From: a virus | Direction: 5' to 3' (one strand) | IMG/VR virus record: IMGVR_UViG_3300037882_001257 | Coordinates: 64,888 to 126,482 of that record | Length of the DNA: 61,595 bases | In this document: in pieces, positions 20,082 through 30,675 of the stretch | How the letters are laid out: every line of letters starts with the position of its first letter | Position numbering within the stretch: the stretch's first letter is position 1 | Notes under the pieces: generated by a model | Database searches by the model: none | Told to the model about the DNA's origin: nothing | Seen by the model: only the letters and a program-made list of their open reading frames with translations | Program-made: the position numbers and the translations under genes

Positions 20082-20519
20082 TCAGGTATCATTAGAGCTA
20101 AGCTCCTTCCGTATCTTCATTAAGATACGCCCCAGGTGGTTTTCGCCAACTCCGTTGCAAACACCCCAAAACTGGTCACCCCAAGTGTTTCCTTCTATAA
20201 GCTCAGTATCGCCGGTTGACAACAGCAAATCCCACAAAAGGCCATTCTGGAACTTAAGACGACAAACATCCTCCATTACTTTAAGCTTAACCTGTTCCCA
20301 GTCCTCACGTATCTTGACTTGCCCGCCCATCTTTTTTGCTTCGCCAGCGGTTCTAGCCCAACGGATTGCCTCGCGCAACTTCGGGTCTAAGGTTTTAGCC
20401 GCTTGATAAGCGTGTTCCGTTGAGGGGTATTCTACACCCTCGAACTCTATTACGCAGGGCCAAAAGTTGGACAAAAAGCGGTATTTACCACGAAATGAGT
20501 CAATGGGGGCGGCGCTCAT
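20082..20519 (-). CDS. NADAR (YbiA-like) protein
   Basis: FLSNF, STEHAYQAAK, EGNTWGDQFWG, GENHLGRILM. Confidence 0.92.
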   Translation of the reverse strand: MSAAPIDSFRGKYRFLSNFWPCVIEFEGVEYPSTEHAYQAAKTLDPKLREAIRWARTAGEAKKMGGQVKIREDWEQVKLKVMEDVCRLKFQNGLLWDLLLSTGDTELIEGNTWGDQFWGVCNGVGENHLGRILMKIRKELSSNDT

Positions 20520-20745
20520 AGAATTGCAAACCCTCTGACTTCATGGGATTCTACAAAGTTACTCATGCCGCTTTTCCTTCCGGTGGGGTGTCTGTGTCTA
20601 CTCGTTCTAATTGATTAGGCCAGAAATCTTCGAGGACTTCGTCCACCAAGAGATTGTAATAACCTTGAATGTTGATGGATACTAACTCTCCGACCTTCCC
20701 GACTAAATCCGGTCTTCCCGACAATATCTTATAGTGTGTACTCAC

Positions 20746-21069
20746 TTAGACTTCTTCCCAATAGGTTTCCTGCCGAGTTTTCTTAACTACTTCTACCGGG
20801 TCGAACCCGTCCATTGACCGGCCTTCGTAGGAATTATACCAACCGTTAACACGGTAAATAGTATCATCGACCTTAAAGTACCAGTAATAGTTGTCGTAAT
20901 CTCGGTCAGTGTCTAGAAACTCTAGGGTGTGACCACTGAGAGAGAAGTTACCATCTTCCAGCTTAGTAACGCCTTCCACAGCATCCACATATCCGTCGTC
21001 CTTGACGAAGTCTTCCAAAAAGTCCCGGTGGTCGTCAAAGAATTCTCTGTGTTCTGGTCTAATTGACAT
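20746..21069 (-). CDS. acidic hypothetical protein
   Basis: GWYNSYEG..PVEV. Confidence 0.65.
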   Translation of the reverse strand: MSIRPEHREFFDDHRDFLEDFVKDDGYVDAVEGVTKLEDGNFSLSGHTLEFLDTDRDYDNYYWYFKVDDTIYRVNGWYNSYEGRSMDGFDPVEVVKKTRQETYWEEV

Positions 21070-21838
21070 GTACTTTTCCTTCTGCTAAAGCCTTGTGAAA
21101 TTGTCCTACAAAATCGTGTCTATCTGGATACTTCAACTCATTCCAATTTAACACCACAAACAGGGGAAACCACCCCTTGGTCATACTGACTATCAGGGCC
21201 TTAAGGGCCCTCTTATAAGCCACCAACTTAGAACATTTGAAGTCTGACGGGATTAGCCAGCGCTCTAATGCTGTAGCGTATATCTCTTCGCGGCAAAGTC
21301 GTATTTGGTCCTCGTGACGCAGCAAAGAAAATAGGGGTTTACTGATGAATGCCTTATTTACATCTGTCTTGAGGCGCTCGTAAAGTGGTCTCTCATAGTA
21401 TGCTATGGCTAGGTGCAGGTCGTCGTGAACGTACTTACGAGTAACACCATCTTTGAAGAACTCTTCATTGTCCTTATCTAGGTATGCCTTTTTCGCCCCG
21501 TGTTCCAGTTCCCATTCTTTGTATAAGACATCATAGAGTTCTGGTAAGAACTCACAGCCTTTCTGTTGGAAAAACGCGACATCGTGGAGCGTTTTCTCCC
21601 AGTGAATATCCCAGAAAGCATGGGAAACTTTCAGCGTATATAAAGCGTCAGGGCTGACCACTCCATTTACTGAGTATTTCTCAGCTAGAAGTGCCAGCCC
21701 TTTGTTGTGGTGATAATCATGTTCTTTGCTAGAGGTCAGTTGTCCCGCCTCTGGCGTAATAATGTCGCGGTCCTTCGGCTCCCTAAAATCAGGGAACCAG
21801 TGACGTGCCGCACAGCTTCCTATTAGAACTTCGTTCAT
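21059..21838 (-). CDS. conserved phage protein with nucleotidyltransferase-like N-terminus (start MNEVLIGS)
   Basis: LIGS..PKDRD; LKVSH; HDDLH. Confidence 0.65.
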   Translation of the reverse strand: MNEVLIGSCAARHWFPDFREPKDRDIITPEAGQLTSSKEHDYHHNKGLALLAEKYSVNGVVSPDALYTLKVSHAFWDIHWEKTLHDVAFFQQKGCEFLPELYDVLYKEWELEHGAKKAYLDKDNEEFFKDGVTRKYVHDDLHLAIAYYERPLYERLKTDVNKAFISKPLFSLLRHEDQIRLCREEIYATALERWLIPSDFKCSKLVAYKRALKALIVSMTKGWFPLFVVLNWNELKYPDRHDFVGQFHKALAEGKVHVN

Positions 21839-21842
21839 AAAG

Positions 21843-21914
21843 TAGGGAATACAGGAATCGAACCCGTTTCGCAAAGGTCGAAGCTTTGCATGTTCTCCAT
21901 CACACCCATTCCCC
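21843..21914 (-). tRNA. tRNA-Arg(TCG)
   Basis: loop CT-TCG-AC. Confidence 0.85.
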
Positions 21915-22149
21915 AGTTAAATCTCTGAGTGGTTGACCTTTACTACGGTAGTAGTTGGCTTCACCATTTCTTCCTTGAAGAAAGCAATATCCTTCTTCTT
22001 AATCTTTGTTCCATTCATTACTTTAGCAAACTTCTTGACTGCGTCAATGGCATCTTCAAGAGTTCGTTCCTGAAACCGCTCGTTTCCGTCTTGAAGCTGG
22101 CATTCACACCAGTAAAAACCGCACAGTAATTTAGTTATTCTATACATAG

Positions 22150-22218
22150 TAGCCACGTTGAGAATCGAACTCAATTTTCATCCTTCGCAGGGACGAAGCC
22201 TTATCCATAGGCGCAGCT
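22150..22218 (-). tRNA. tRNA-Arg(GCG), short D-arm
   Basis: loop CT-GCG-AA; 69 nt; 7-bp anticodon stem. Confidence 0.72.
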
Positions 22219-22511
22219 AAACAAACTCTATTTCTATTCCAAGTTCCTCAGCCAACTTCTTTAGCTTATTGCGTTTCTCTTCCATTTCGCAATTAGGCTC
22301 GTTGTTCTTCTTGTCGTACTCTCTAGCTCTGTCCAACAACCGGCGAAACTCGTCAATTTCCTGCTGCGTTGGTAAAGCTGGCAATGGTACAACTGGATGA
22401 GTGACTACTGGTGTTATCTGAAATGGATAACGCTGTATCCACTCGTCATACTTATGGTCCATCACCATTGACATTACACACATAAACCATTTCCTTATTA
22501 AGCGAAGCTAG

Positions 22512-22583
22512 TGCCGAGTGCGGGAATCGAACCCGCGTAACTTGCGTATGAAACAAGGTGTAAAACCAACATTACAACTCGAC
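22512..22583 (-). tRNA. tRNA-Met or Ile2 (CAT)
   Basis: loop TT-CAT-AC. Confidence 0.85.
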
Positions 22584-22704
22584 TGGTAATTGTATCAACC
22601 CGCTATGGATTTTTCTGTGGCAATTTGCACATAAAATCACACATTTACTTATTTCCTCTACAATTCTAGCTTGACTAGCGCTACCTATCATTCGAGATTG
22701 GAAG

Positions 22705-22778
22705 TGCGTTATACGGGAGTCGAACTCGTACTAAAACATTGGAAGTGTTTTGTGCTGACCATTGAACACTAATAACGC
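22705..22778 (-). tRNA. tRNA-Gly(TCC)
   Basis: loop CT-TCC-AA; acceptor starts GCG. Confidence 0.9.
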
Positions 22779-22834
22779 ATAACCGAAACTGGCTTTTGCT
22801 TAAAGCGGGCGACCAGTAAACCGCTCATTCTAGT

Positions 22835-22862
22835 ATTATACCTCGAAATCCGCCAGGGTCAA
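22835..22862 (-). promoter_or_regulatory. sigma70-like promoter
   Basis: TTGACC-N16-TATAAT. Confidence 0.7.
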
Positions 22863-22955
22863 GCCCCCTCGTTTATTTCTCTGATTTTATCGAGAGCCTT
22901 CTTTGTCTCGTGGCTTCACAACATCTTTTGTAGCCGGATGATACTCATACATAGC

Positions 22956-23294
22956 TTATATCTCCTCTATCCTCTTTGACTTGTCATCAATTAGAAGGTC
23001 AAAATGCCCCTTCTGCTTTCCGCAAATCAACTCATCGAACCTACAGCCCCAAGACACTAACTGGTCCCAGGTGAAAGTGTAGTAGTCTTTACCGCTTACG
23101 CTGCCCCTGGCCGTCCAGTATATGATTTTCCATCCTTCGTCATAGAGCTTATTGATTTTAGCGATGTTCTCTGCGGAGGGAACAGCTAAGTCATACGCTC
23201 TACTAGCACCATAAAAACAAATGGTCTCGTCTATATCAACGAGAGCCACTTTTTGTTGCCCTTCGGGCGTTAGTTTATTGTGAACTTCGCTCAT
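22956..23294 (-). CDS. HAD-superfamily phosphatase
   Basis: VDIDETI, WTARG, IDDK. Confidence 0.85.
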   Translation of the reverse strand: MSEVHNKLTPEGQQKVALVDIDETICFYGASRAYDLAVPSAENIAKINKLYDEGWKIIYWTARGSVSGKDYYTFTWDQLVSWGCRFDELICGKQKGHFDLLIDDKSKRIEEI

Positions 23295-23728
23295 TATGTT
23301 GCAGGACTAATACCTAATTTTCTACCAGCGTGAAGTTTTCTATGACAGTTTGAGCAAAGAACCATACACTTTTCTATCTCTGCCCACAGCAATTTTCTAC
23401 TTTTAGCAGTCACCAAGTTTGCAATGTTATTTACTTTATCCTTGGTGTTTGTATGGTGAAAATCTAAACAACACGGGTCAGTTTCACCACAATATTCACA
23501 GCCTTTACTAGCCTTATAATCAGATACTTCACCCCTTAATTTCTTTACAGCAATACCAGACCTGTTCCAATATTCTCGTTTTCTTTCTCCCGTTAAAGAC
23601 CTTTGGTGTCTTTTCGCACAGGCAATGTTACATTCTTTACACTTACCCTGCGCCCCATCCGCTCGTGATGAACTCTTATGAAAATCAGATAAAGGCTTCA
23701 GAGTTTTACACGTCGAACAGCTTTTCAC
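23294..23728 (-). CDS. HNH endonuclease with N-terminal Zn ribbon
   Basis: CSTC..CKEC; CEYC..LDFHH..EIEKCMVLCSNCH. Confidence 0.85.
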   Translation of the reverse strand: MKSCSTCKTLKPLSDFHKSSSRADGAQGKCKECNIACAKRHQRSLTGERKREYWNRSGIAVKKLRGEVSDYKASKGCEYCGETDPCCLDFHHTNTKDKVNNIANLVTAKSRKLLWAEIEKCMVLCSNCHRKLHAGRKLGISPAT

Positions 23729-23732
23729 GAAG

Positions 23733-23804
23733 TGCCCCTATTTGGACTTGAACCAAAATCTGTCGCTTTAAGAGAGCGCAATGTTACATTAACACCATAG
23801 AGGC
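23733..23804 (-). tRNA. tRNA-Lys(CTT)
   Basis: loop CT-CTT-AA. Confidence 0.85.
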
Positions 23805-24049
23805 AAAGTGGCGAAGCCACTAACGAACTTTAGTGAGATACTTGTCTGAGACCCAAAATTCAGTTGGGCATCTAGTAAAACAAGCCACAGACACCAAGTA
23901 ATCACCGTCGTTAGTAGCGGACTTGTCCACTATAGTTCCGACGATAGCCTTCTTAAGGAACCCGTCTTTATAGTCTACAGAAATCCGCACTTTGTCACCG
24001 TAATATAGCATGGGCTTAGCCCTTTCTTAATAAGTACAAAACAACAAAG

Positions 24050-24121
24050 AGCCGAGTAAGGGAGTCGAACCCTTTTTCCAATCTTACCAAGATTGAGTAA
24101 TAACCGTTATACTAACAAGGC
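24050..24121 (-). tRNA. tRNA-Thr(GGT)
   Basis: loop TT-GGT-AA. Confidence 0.88.
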
Positions 24122-24296
24122 AGTCATACCCAGTAATTTAACCCATCCTCATCCTTAGCTGCAATACCAATTTTGTAATTTCTGTCGAGTGGTCTAAGTA
24201 ACCATGTCACTATTCTAGCCCACCACAGGAATCTAGTAGAGCAAACCACTTTGGCAGCACCACCTAAAGCCGGATAAATTAGGATTTCATACATAG

Positions 24297-24378
24297 CGGA
24301 GGACACGGGAATCGAACCCGCAACACCTTTCGGTGCAACTGCTTTCCAAGCAGCCTGCTTACCAGTCGCTTATCCTCC
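24297..24378 (-). tRNA. tRNA-Ser(GGA)
   Basis: loop TT-GGA-AA; variable arm; G73. Confidence 0.88.
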
Positions 24379-24678
24379 AAGACCCGCCCATTATGGCCGT
24401 CACCGACTCTCTGAATCGGGATAGGACCAGCGGGTGCTGCTTTCGCAGTCTCACAAAGTTGCTTACGCAACTGACATTTAAGGTGTTAGCCTAACCAACC
24501 GAAACCACCTGTGTCACAATACCGTTTTCGACCACTACATTGACTCTGCTGTTATGGGCGTCAGTCAAGGGTGGGGTCTTCACACCGTCTAGCTTAGCAA
24601 TACGAAGCGTAAAACCCTCTTTCTTGACGATAGCTTTTACTTCATCAAGTGTTCTACCAATTAGATGACTTCTCTTCA

Positions 24679-25161
24679 TTATTTGACAGCCTTTTTAAGA
24701 GCGGAAGGGCCTTCAACATCATCGAAAACGCGCAGCACTTCGTGGCTCACAAACTCAGGAGCAAGTGGAGCAGTCAAGTCACCAATCGAAAATTCATATG
24801 GGGCTGGCAGGCTATCATACTTGCCATCGTTTGCCACTAAAACCGCATGGACGTGACCACCTTCAGGAACCTTAAAGGTTACTTCCGATACAGTTGCGGG
24901 AAAATCATAGACTTTCTCAACGCCTTCTGTTTCATCGCCCTTGTAGGTGAGAACAGTCAACTTTTGAGTCTTAACGTCTGGAGAGACGGAAGGAACCCAA
25001 AACAAACGTACTTCTGCTACTTTCATAAAAACTCCCTTTATTTGGTATGATAAATTTGTTGGTGGTTCGGGCGGGGTAAAATCGTAAAAATATAACAAGG
25101 TCCATAACACTGCTATAATAAGAGCAGTAATTCCAAACATGAATAACATTTCCACAAGCAT
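24679..25161 (-). CDS. membrane-anchored Ig/FN3-like protein
   Basis: N-terminal TM segment, PPTNL, beta-rich. Confidence 0.5.
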   Translation of the reverse strand: MLVEMLFMFGITALIIAVLWTLLYFYDFTPPEPPTNLSYQIKGVFMKVAEVRLFWVPSVSPDVKTQKLTVLTYKGDETEGVEKVYDFPATVSEVTFKVPEGGHVHAVLVANDGKYDSLPAPYEFSIGDLTAPLAPEFVSHEVLRVFDDVEGPSALKKAVK

Positions 25162-25175
25162 GTTTTATTCCTTAG

Positions 25176-25243
25176 TGGACCGTATCGGTATCGCGCCGAT
25201 TTTTCGACTTTGCAGGAGTCAAAATTAGACTTCTAAACAGCCC
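25176..25243 (-). tRNA. tRNA-Ala(TGC), miniaturised
   Basis: G3-U70, A73, loop CC-TGC-AA, T-loop CGCGATA; 68 nt. Confidence 0.72.
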
Positions 25244-25547
25244 GTCTCAAAACACGGGTCAGTCTCACAATCTCTTTCAAGCGACTAAATAACAGGTAAT
25301 ACTAAACCAGCCCGCTCTTTCTTCATATTGTTTAGTCTACAGCTTAACTCGTCAACAACCATTTTCTTAGCTGCGTCAAAGTCTTTTCCGTAGACAAACA
25401 CGGTAATAGCGCCTGGGTCTAGTACCACTTTCACATACTCAGTACCATTGGTAGATTCTAAAGCTTCTTCGGCGTATTTTATACGCTTATCTAAGTCTTT
25501 GGCCTTATCTAAAACCGCCTGAGCTTCGTCTAAAATGTTTTTCATAG

Positions 25548-25620
25548 TGGGCAACCTGGGAGTCGAACCCAGCACAAGAAACTTATCAGGTTCCTCCGAA
25601 CAACCAGTTCTGCGATGCCC
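25548..25620 (-). tRNA. tRNA-Ile(GAT)
   Basis: loop CT-GAT-AA. Confidence 0.88.
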
Positions 25621-25983
25621 TCTAAAACCCGTAATATGCCTTCTCAGCCTCAGACCAGTAGACTTCGTCTTTGCCGTCTGGTCCACCGTCGTCTTGCCAC
25701 TTGTAGTAAGCTACTTTAGCTACCTCATGGTCTCGATTAACTAACTCAAACATTACCGTATTAAATAATACACCCGGAGCCTCTGCAAGCTCGACTTCTG
25801 AGTGCCACCCAAAAGTTTGACTACCAGAGACAGTGTATGACTTACCTACCTCAAGATACTTGTCCGCAAGCTCTCTATGATAGTCAAGTCCATTCTCACC
25901 AAGATAGACTACTTTGCTCCCCTTGGGGAACCACTCACCAAATTCCATGAGACTGCGTCCTCCTAAAGTTATGAAATAACAAG

Positions 25984-26054
25984 TGGTCCTCATGGGAGTC
26001 GAACCCACAATGCAGGCTTGTCGTGCCTGAATGATACCATTTCAATAGAGGACA
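25984..26054 (-). tRNA. tRNA-Val(GAC), C33
   Basis: loop AC-GAC-AA. Confidence 0.75.
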
Positions 26055-26056
26055 GG

Positions 26057-26130
26057 GGTGAATAGCCAGGGTCGAACTGGCACTTTCTGGTTCACAGCCA
26101 AACGTGCAGAGCCGCTACACTATACTCACC
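26057..26130 (-). tRNA. tRNA-His(GTG)
   Basis: loop CT-GTG-AA; G-1/C73. Confidence 0.9.
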
Positions 26131-26197
26131 ATAAATGCAACTACGGATGGTCCACTCCCGCACTTATCTGTCCCTTGACAGCTTCGTTAGTTGCAAG

Positions 26198-26268
26198 CAT
26201 ACAGTAGAGGATTTGAACCCCTTTGCGTCTGTGTTGGAGACAGACCGCACTCCCAGGTGCAACTGTAT
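26198..26268 (-). tRNA. tRNA-Trp(CCA)
   Basis: loop CT-CCA-AC; G73; 6-bp anticodon stem possible. Confidence 0.85.
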
Positions 26269-26488
26269 ATAGTGGTCAGCTTGCTGACCTAATCAACTCA
26301 AATCTCTTCGTAAATGGAGCATATAGCTCAAAAACCGCTATACTTTCCACTTCTTTCCAGCTCTCAAAATATCCCTTAGCCCCACTAATAGCCCGCTCAA
26401 AAGCCTCATCACCCTTACCCTTGTAGTAACCGTGGTGGTGAGGCACACCGTTGATAACCGACACTAAGATGAAATTTTCCATTTCCGA

Positions 26489-26516
26489 ATTATATACCCG
26501 TTTTCGCCAGTGTCAA
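26489..26516 (-). promoter_or_regulatory. sigma70 consensus promoter
   Basis: TTGACA-N16-TATAAT. Confidence 0.8.
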
Positions 26517-27415
26517 GAGGCCGCAGACAGCCTCACTTAAAATCTTTTGAGTCCACCAGCCCACATAACGCAGCAACAAAAATAGCCCCGGCGACCCCCA
26601 AACAAATCAGGAGAATCACCAAAATTATTGCCAGCGGAACCAAAGGCGCAAAAACCAACCACAGCGGGATGGCGGGCAAAACCCCACCAAACTTAAGGGT
26701 TGCTAGTACCACAAACATAATCAGCAGCCAGGGCGCTGTACATGCCACAACCGTAGTATTCTTAGACTTGCTCATAGGTGTTTAGTGTTTACGTAATCAG
26801 TTTCTTTGAAGGGGGAGTTATAATGCCAGCCGCCTGAGCATGGTAGCTTTCAACTATTGCGACCAACTCTGGACTAGCCTCGCACGCCACTAAAATGTCA
26901 CCAGCCAAATTAACTTCCTGGTCTACGTCTTTAGCGAATTCGATAAAAGGTCGAAAAGCTATCTGTTCTCCATGAACATACAGAAAAAGTAGGTGACTAT
27001 ATACTTCGTCTTTAACATGAACACCAATTACGTCTCGTGGGTGTCCATCACGCAACTTCAAGTAGTGGATTTTCATCAGCTTCGCCTTCCTGTGTGTTAA
27101 GTCCTGTTAGTCCAGCGAGTTCCCGAAGGGTACTCTCAAATCGTGGACCTTCTGGATGGTCCGTTTCCATCGTCAACAAATTTTTGTAGGAGTCGTATCC
27201 CTCGTACCACTGGTCCATTCGGAATTCAGAGGCGACAGGGGCCTTCTTAGGATGTAGTCTCCAGGCGGAAATCAAACCCTGTGTAAAGTATGCGGGTTCA
27301 TAGCCCTCTGGTAGAGCAGGCTTCGTAAAGAGTGGTAATTCACCCTCTGCTTGCGGCTGTTCTACGACTTCATCCTCAAAAATAGTAGTTATCACGCTGC
27401 GCGTTCCTTAATTGA

Positions 27416-27492
27416 GTGGCCTTTCGGAGAATCGAACTCAACGACTTTCAGTTTCAAAGACTGACGTGCAAAACCATTACACTAAAAGGCTA
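27416..27492 (-). tRNA. tRNA-Gln(TTG), bulged T-stem
   Basis: loop CT-TTG-AA. Confidence 0.8.
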
Positions 27493-27495
27493 TAT

Positions 27496-27903
27496 TTACT
27501 TACGCTTCTTCAGCGCTTCTAGCACCTGTCTCGCATGTTCCAAATTGCCATAAGCGGAGTCTTTAACAGACTCACTATCTTTCAGGTCGTGCGAGGCTTG
27601 CTTTACCAAACTCTCTGCTACCGCGTAGGCTGATAGACTATCTTGATAGCCATTCTTTGCCTGTTCAAACTCTTCCTGAGCCGCCCGCACATCTGCTTGA
27701 GCCTTGAGCAATTCTATCTCAATGCCCAACTTTTCCGCTTCGTGTCTCTTAGTGTGTGCTTCCGATAGTGAAGCGGACGCATTTCTTAGTGCATGAACCG
27801 CGTTATTACGGGCATCAGTTGCCTGTTTCTTAACGTGGCAAACGCTTGGTTTCCATGAAAACATTGCTAAAACCCTTTTAATGAAATCTTCGATTGTTGT
27901 CAT
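27496..27903 (-). CDS. coiled-coil hypothetical protein
   Basis: Ala/Glu/Lys-rich helical composition. Confidence 0.65.
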   Translation of the reverse strand: MTTIEDFIKRVLAMFSWKPSVCHVKKQATDARNNAVHALRNASASLSEAHTKRHEAEKLGIEIELLKAQADVRAAQEEFEQAKNGYQDSLSAYAVAESLVKQASHDLKDSESVKDSAYGNLEHARQVLEALKKRK

Positions 27904-27936
27904 AAACTGCCCCTACGGTAAAAATAACTTGTTTAG

Positions 27937-28007
27937 TGGGCCATAAAAGAATCGAACTTTTTTCTTCTCGGTGTAAACGAGGGATTCTACCAGTGAACTA
28001 ATGGCCC
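27937..28007 (-). tRNA. tRNA-Val(TAC)
   Basis: loop TT-TAC-AC. Confidence 0.88.
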
Positions 28008-28008
28008 G

Positions 28009-28081
28009 TATCGGCAACAGGAGTCGAACCTGCATGAGTCTTATCTTGAGTAAGACATGTCTCCATTTGCATCATGCCGAC
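28009..28081 (-). tRNA. tRNA-Leu(CAA), short variable loop
   Basis: loop CT-CAA-GA. Confidence 0.82.
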
Positions 28082-28168
28082 ATAAAGTATCAACCTGAGT
28101 TAGTTGCCATCGAGCGCCCAAGTGTGGATGGCCCACAGTGGACTACAGGAACCCTGATGTTGATACAG

Positions 28169-28242
28169 TAGCAGATAAGAGAGTCGAACTCTTAACCACA
28201 ATGTTTTAAGCATTGCCGCACTGCCAATTAGCGTAATCTGCC
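28169..28242 (-). tRNA. tRNA-Leu(TAA), short variable loop
   Basis: loop CT-TAA-AA. Confidence 0.85.
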
Positions 28243-28246
28243 AGAG

Positions 28247-28320
28247 TAACAGGTGAGGGAGTCGAACCCACAACCACGACGTTCTAAGCGTCGTTGCACT
28301 GCCAATTAGCATAACCTGTC
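28247..28320 (-). tRNA. tRNA-Leu(TAG), short variable loop
   Basis: loop CT-TAG-AA. Confidence 0.85.
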
Positions 28321-28331
28321 ATTAATACTAG

Positions 28332-28405
28332 TACCACGTTGGCGATTCGGACGCCAATTCACCATTTTTTGAAAATGGCTGCATTACCAATTAGCATAAC
28401 GTGGC
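28332..28405 (-). tRNA. tRNA-Leu(CAA) second copy, short variable loop
   Basis: loop TT-CAA-AA; T-loop TCCGAAT. Confidence 0.8.
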
Positions 28406-28420
28406 ATTACTTCACTTAAT

Positions 28421-28448
28421 ATTATACCCCGAAACCCGTCAGAGTCAA
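28421..28448 (-). promoter_or_regulatory. sigma70-like promoter directly upstream of the tRNA-Leu cluster
   Basis: TTGACT-N16-TATAAT. Confidence 0.75.
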
Positions 28449-28862
28449 GTCGATTTCATTAGCCCAGGGAATTAAAAGTGGTTCTTCCCTATGTCCACAA
28501 GCTATACACCCTACCGAAGCAATTCCAATACACAAACATAGACTATCCGTGTTAATAGCACCACAGTTAAGACATGCGGACGATGTGATGCATCCTCCCC
28601 ATTCCATTCTACACTTAGTATTAGCCAAGTTGTACTCTTGGGGGTTGTCAGTATAGCCAGTTATGGTAATCAAAAATCCTCCAAATACCACTGTCCTTCG
28701 TAGGTCTTTATATATGTCTTAGCACAATAATCACATTTAAATTGTACGTCTGTTTCCCAGTACCACCCATGCCAACAGTGGTGTTCGGGTTCCAGGCAGC
28801 GTACAACATGCCACTGATGAACATGAAAGCCGCTAGCACTAAGGATAAAGTTCCATATTTCT

Positions 28863-29459
28863 CTAATCAATGTAGAACGGCCCACTCAATGTTGCTGTCT
28901 TAGCTGCGTCAAGTATCGTTAGTAAAGTTCCGTCACAAGCGTAAAAACCCTGCTTCGTGTATTTTATAAGCCTACGAAGCGAAGCCTGAACATTGCCTAT
29001 TTTATGGACTCTTAATCGTTTACGCCCAAGGTCATACAGTGTCCAAGGACCAACCCATATGTCCTTACCGTCTGTTATGAGTTGACAGTTAGTATAGTCA
29101 AAGTCATCAATCACCTTTTCAGGTGACTCCCAGACTTTGTGGATTAACTGTACCTTAAGCCCATTAGTAACAAACGTGGTGTTGTGTGGCCTGACATCCC
29201 GACTATCGCCATGTGATTCAATCAGGTTCGCGGCTATATCTAGATAGCCCTGCCCCTTAAAGAATATGTCAAAGTCACTATCTAAAGGTTGACCAAGAAC
29301 AGTCCTTCGCAATGCCCCGCCGCCTAGCCAAGTTCCCTCGTTCAGAAGGACTCGACCGAACAGCTTACCATGCAGTATTTCATACAACGGAGTCTGAATA
29401 TACGGCTTACCAGTAGTCTGCCAAACAAAATCTTCAAGGTCATACTTAAACATTAGCAT
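28863..29459 (-). CDS. class II (CCA-adding/poly(A) polymerase-like) nucleotidyltransferase, head domain only
   Basis: GGGALR..G..DSDFDIFF; FDYTNCQ (resembles DFTIN). Confidence 0.7.
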   Translation of the reverse strand: MLMFKYDLEDFVWQTTGKPYIQTPLYEILHGKLFGRVLLNEGTWLGGGALRRTVLGQPLDSDFDIFFKGQGYLDIAANLIESHGDSRDVRPHNTTFVTNGLKVQLIHKVWESPEKVIDDFDYTNCQLITDGKDIWVGPWTLYDLGRKRLRVHKIGNVQASLRRLIKYTKQGFYACDGTLLTILDAAKTATLSGPFYID

Positions 29460-30675
29460 TCGTCCTCAGACACCAAGCGAAAATTGTTCGTATGTCTCAT
29501 TGTTTCAATATGCTGGTCTTCCATTGACACTAACATACAATGGCCCGCCTGTGGATAGTGTTCGGTAATAAAGGTGAACAGAGTCCACGCTCCACTACCA
29601 TATCCCAACGACCCATAAAATTTAAGCTTATGTTGCTCTGGAAGATTTTCCCAAAATTCTTTATTTAGAGTATCAGGGTCAAATACTACAGTATCACCTA
29701 GCCTAAACATCAGAAATAGTCCTTTTCCGGCTTGATTCCTAGTGCGTCCCGCACCTGTTTCTTGGCGCGAGCCTCCCCTATATGAACCATCATCAACAAT
29801 TGGTCGATGTGTTTCTCAGTTGGAGCCTCTCCAAAGAAAATTGGCAACCCATAGCCATTCACCTGAATTGACTTCTCAAACAGGTAGAAAATCAGCCCGT
29901 CCTTCTCAATGCGTTTTGCACTCATTTTATCCTACTACGCTAAAGAACCATAACGAGAATTTGTCATCCGATTGAAGCTTTTGAAGCTTTTGAGCTAATT
30001 GCTTATGCAAATCCATTAGAGATTCTATATCAATGGAACCTTCTAATAATGTAACACGACCACCATCCTCTTTGTCAGCTACATTATAGCCCACATAAAT
30101 AATATCCTCATCGTAAGAATAGGTTATTTGTAGGTCTGGAAAAGCAGCTTGCAACCCGTCTGATAGTTCATAGAATGATTCTGCTGCTACTCCTAAGACG
30201 GAATATTTTTCTTCTGATTCCTTAACTAGGGTTTTCTCTGTGTGAGAAACCTGTCCAGTCTTAGGGTTATACCTATTCTGTTGCTCATACACAGCAGGGC
30301 TTACAACGGCCTCAACTTCATCCTTGTGGATAGCTAAGCCATAAACACAATGTTGTGTATAGTCAATACCCATTGGCTTTCCTTAAGTCGAAGACTCTCC
30401 AAAATCCTTAGCGGTCCACCCGTTATCAATTTCCCACATTTCAAAGTAATAGGACATTACACACCTGTCTGCATTATCCCACTTTCGATACGACACCATC
30501 GGATTCAGACTGCTTATCTCAGATATATCTAACTCAAATCCAGTCAGGTCGAAGCGGTTTTTAACGTGATTCGTAGCCTTTTTAAGGGTAGAGAAAACCC
30601 CGATACTGTCATCTTGGTCCTCGTGTCTACCAGTACGAGAGACATGCCAAATAAATTTTAAGTTCTTACTCATAG

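Noticed and set aside
28169-28405. Repeated CCAATTAGC(A/G)TAA as a CRISPR-like or tandem repeat
   Set aside because: It is the shared D-arm of duplicated tRNA-Leu genes. No CRISPR array or cas gene was seen in the window.
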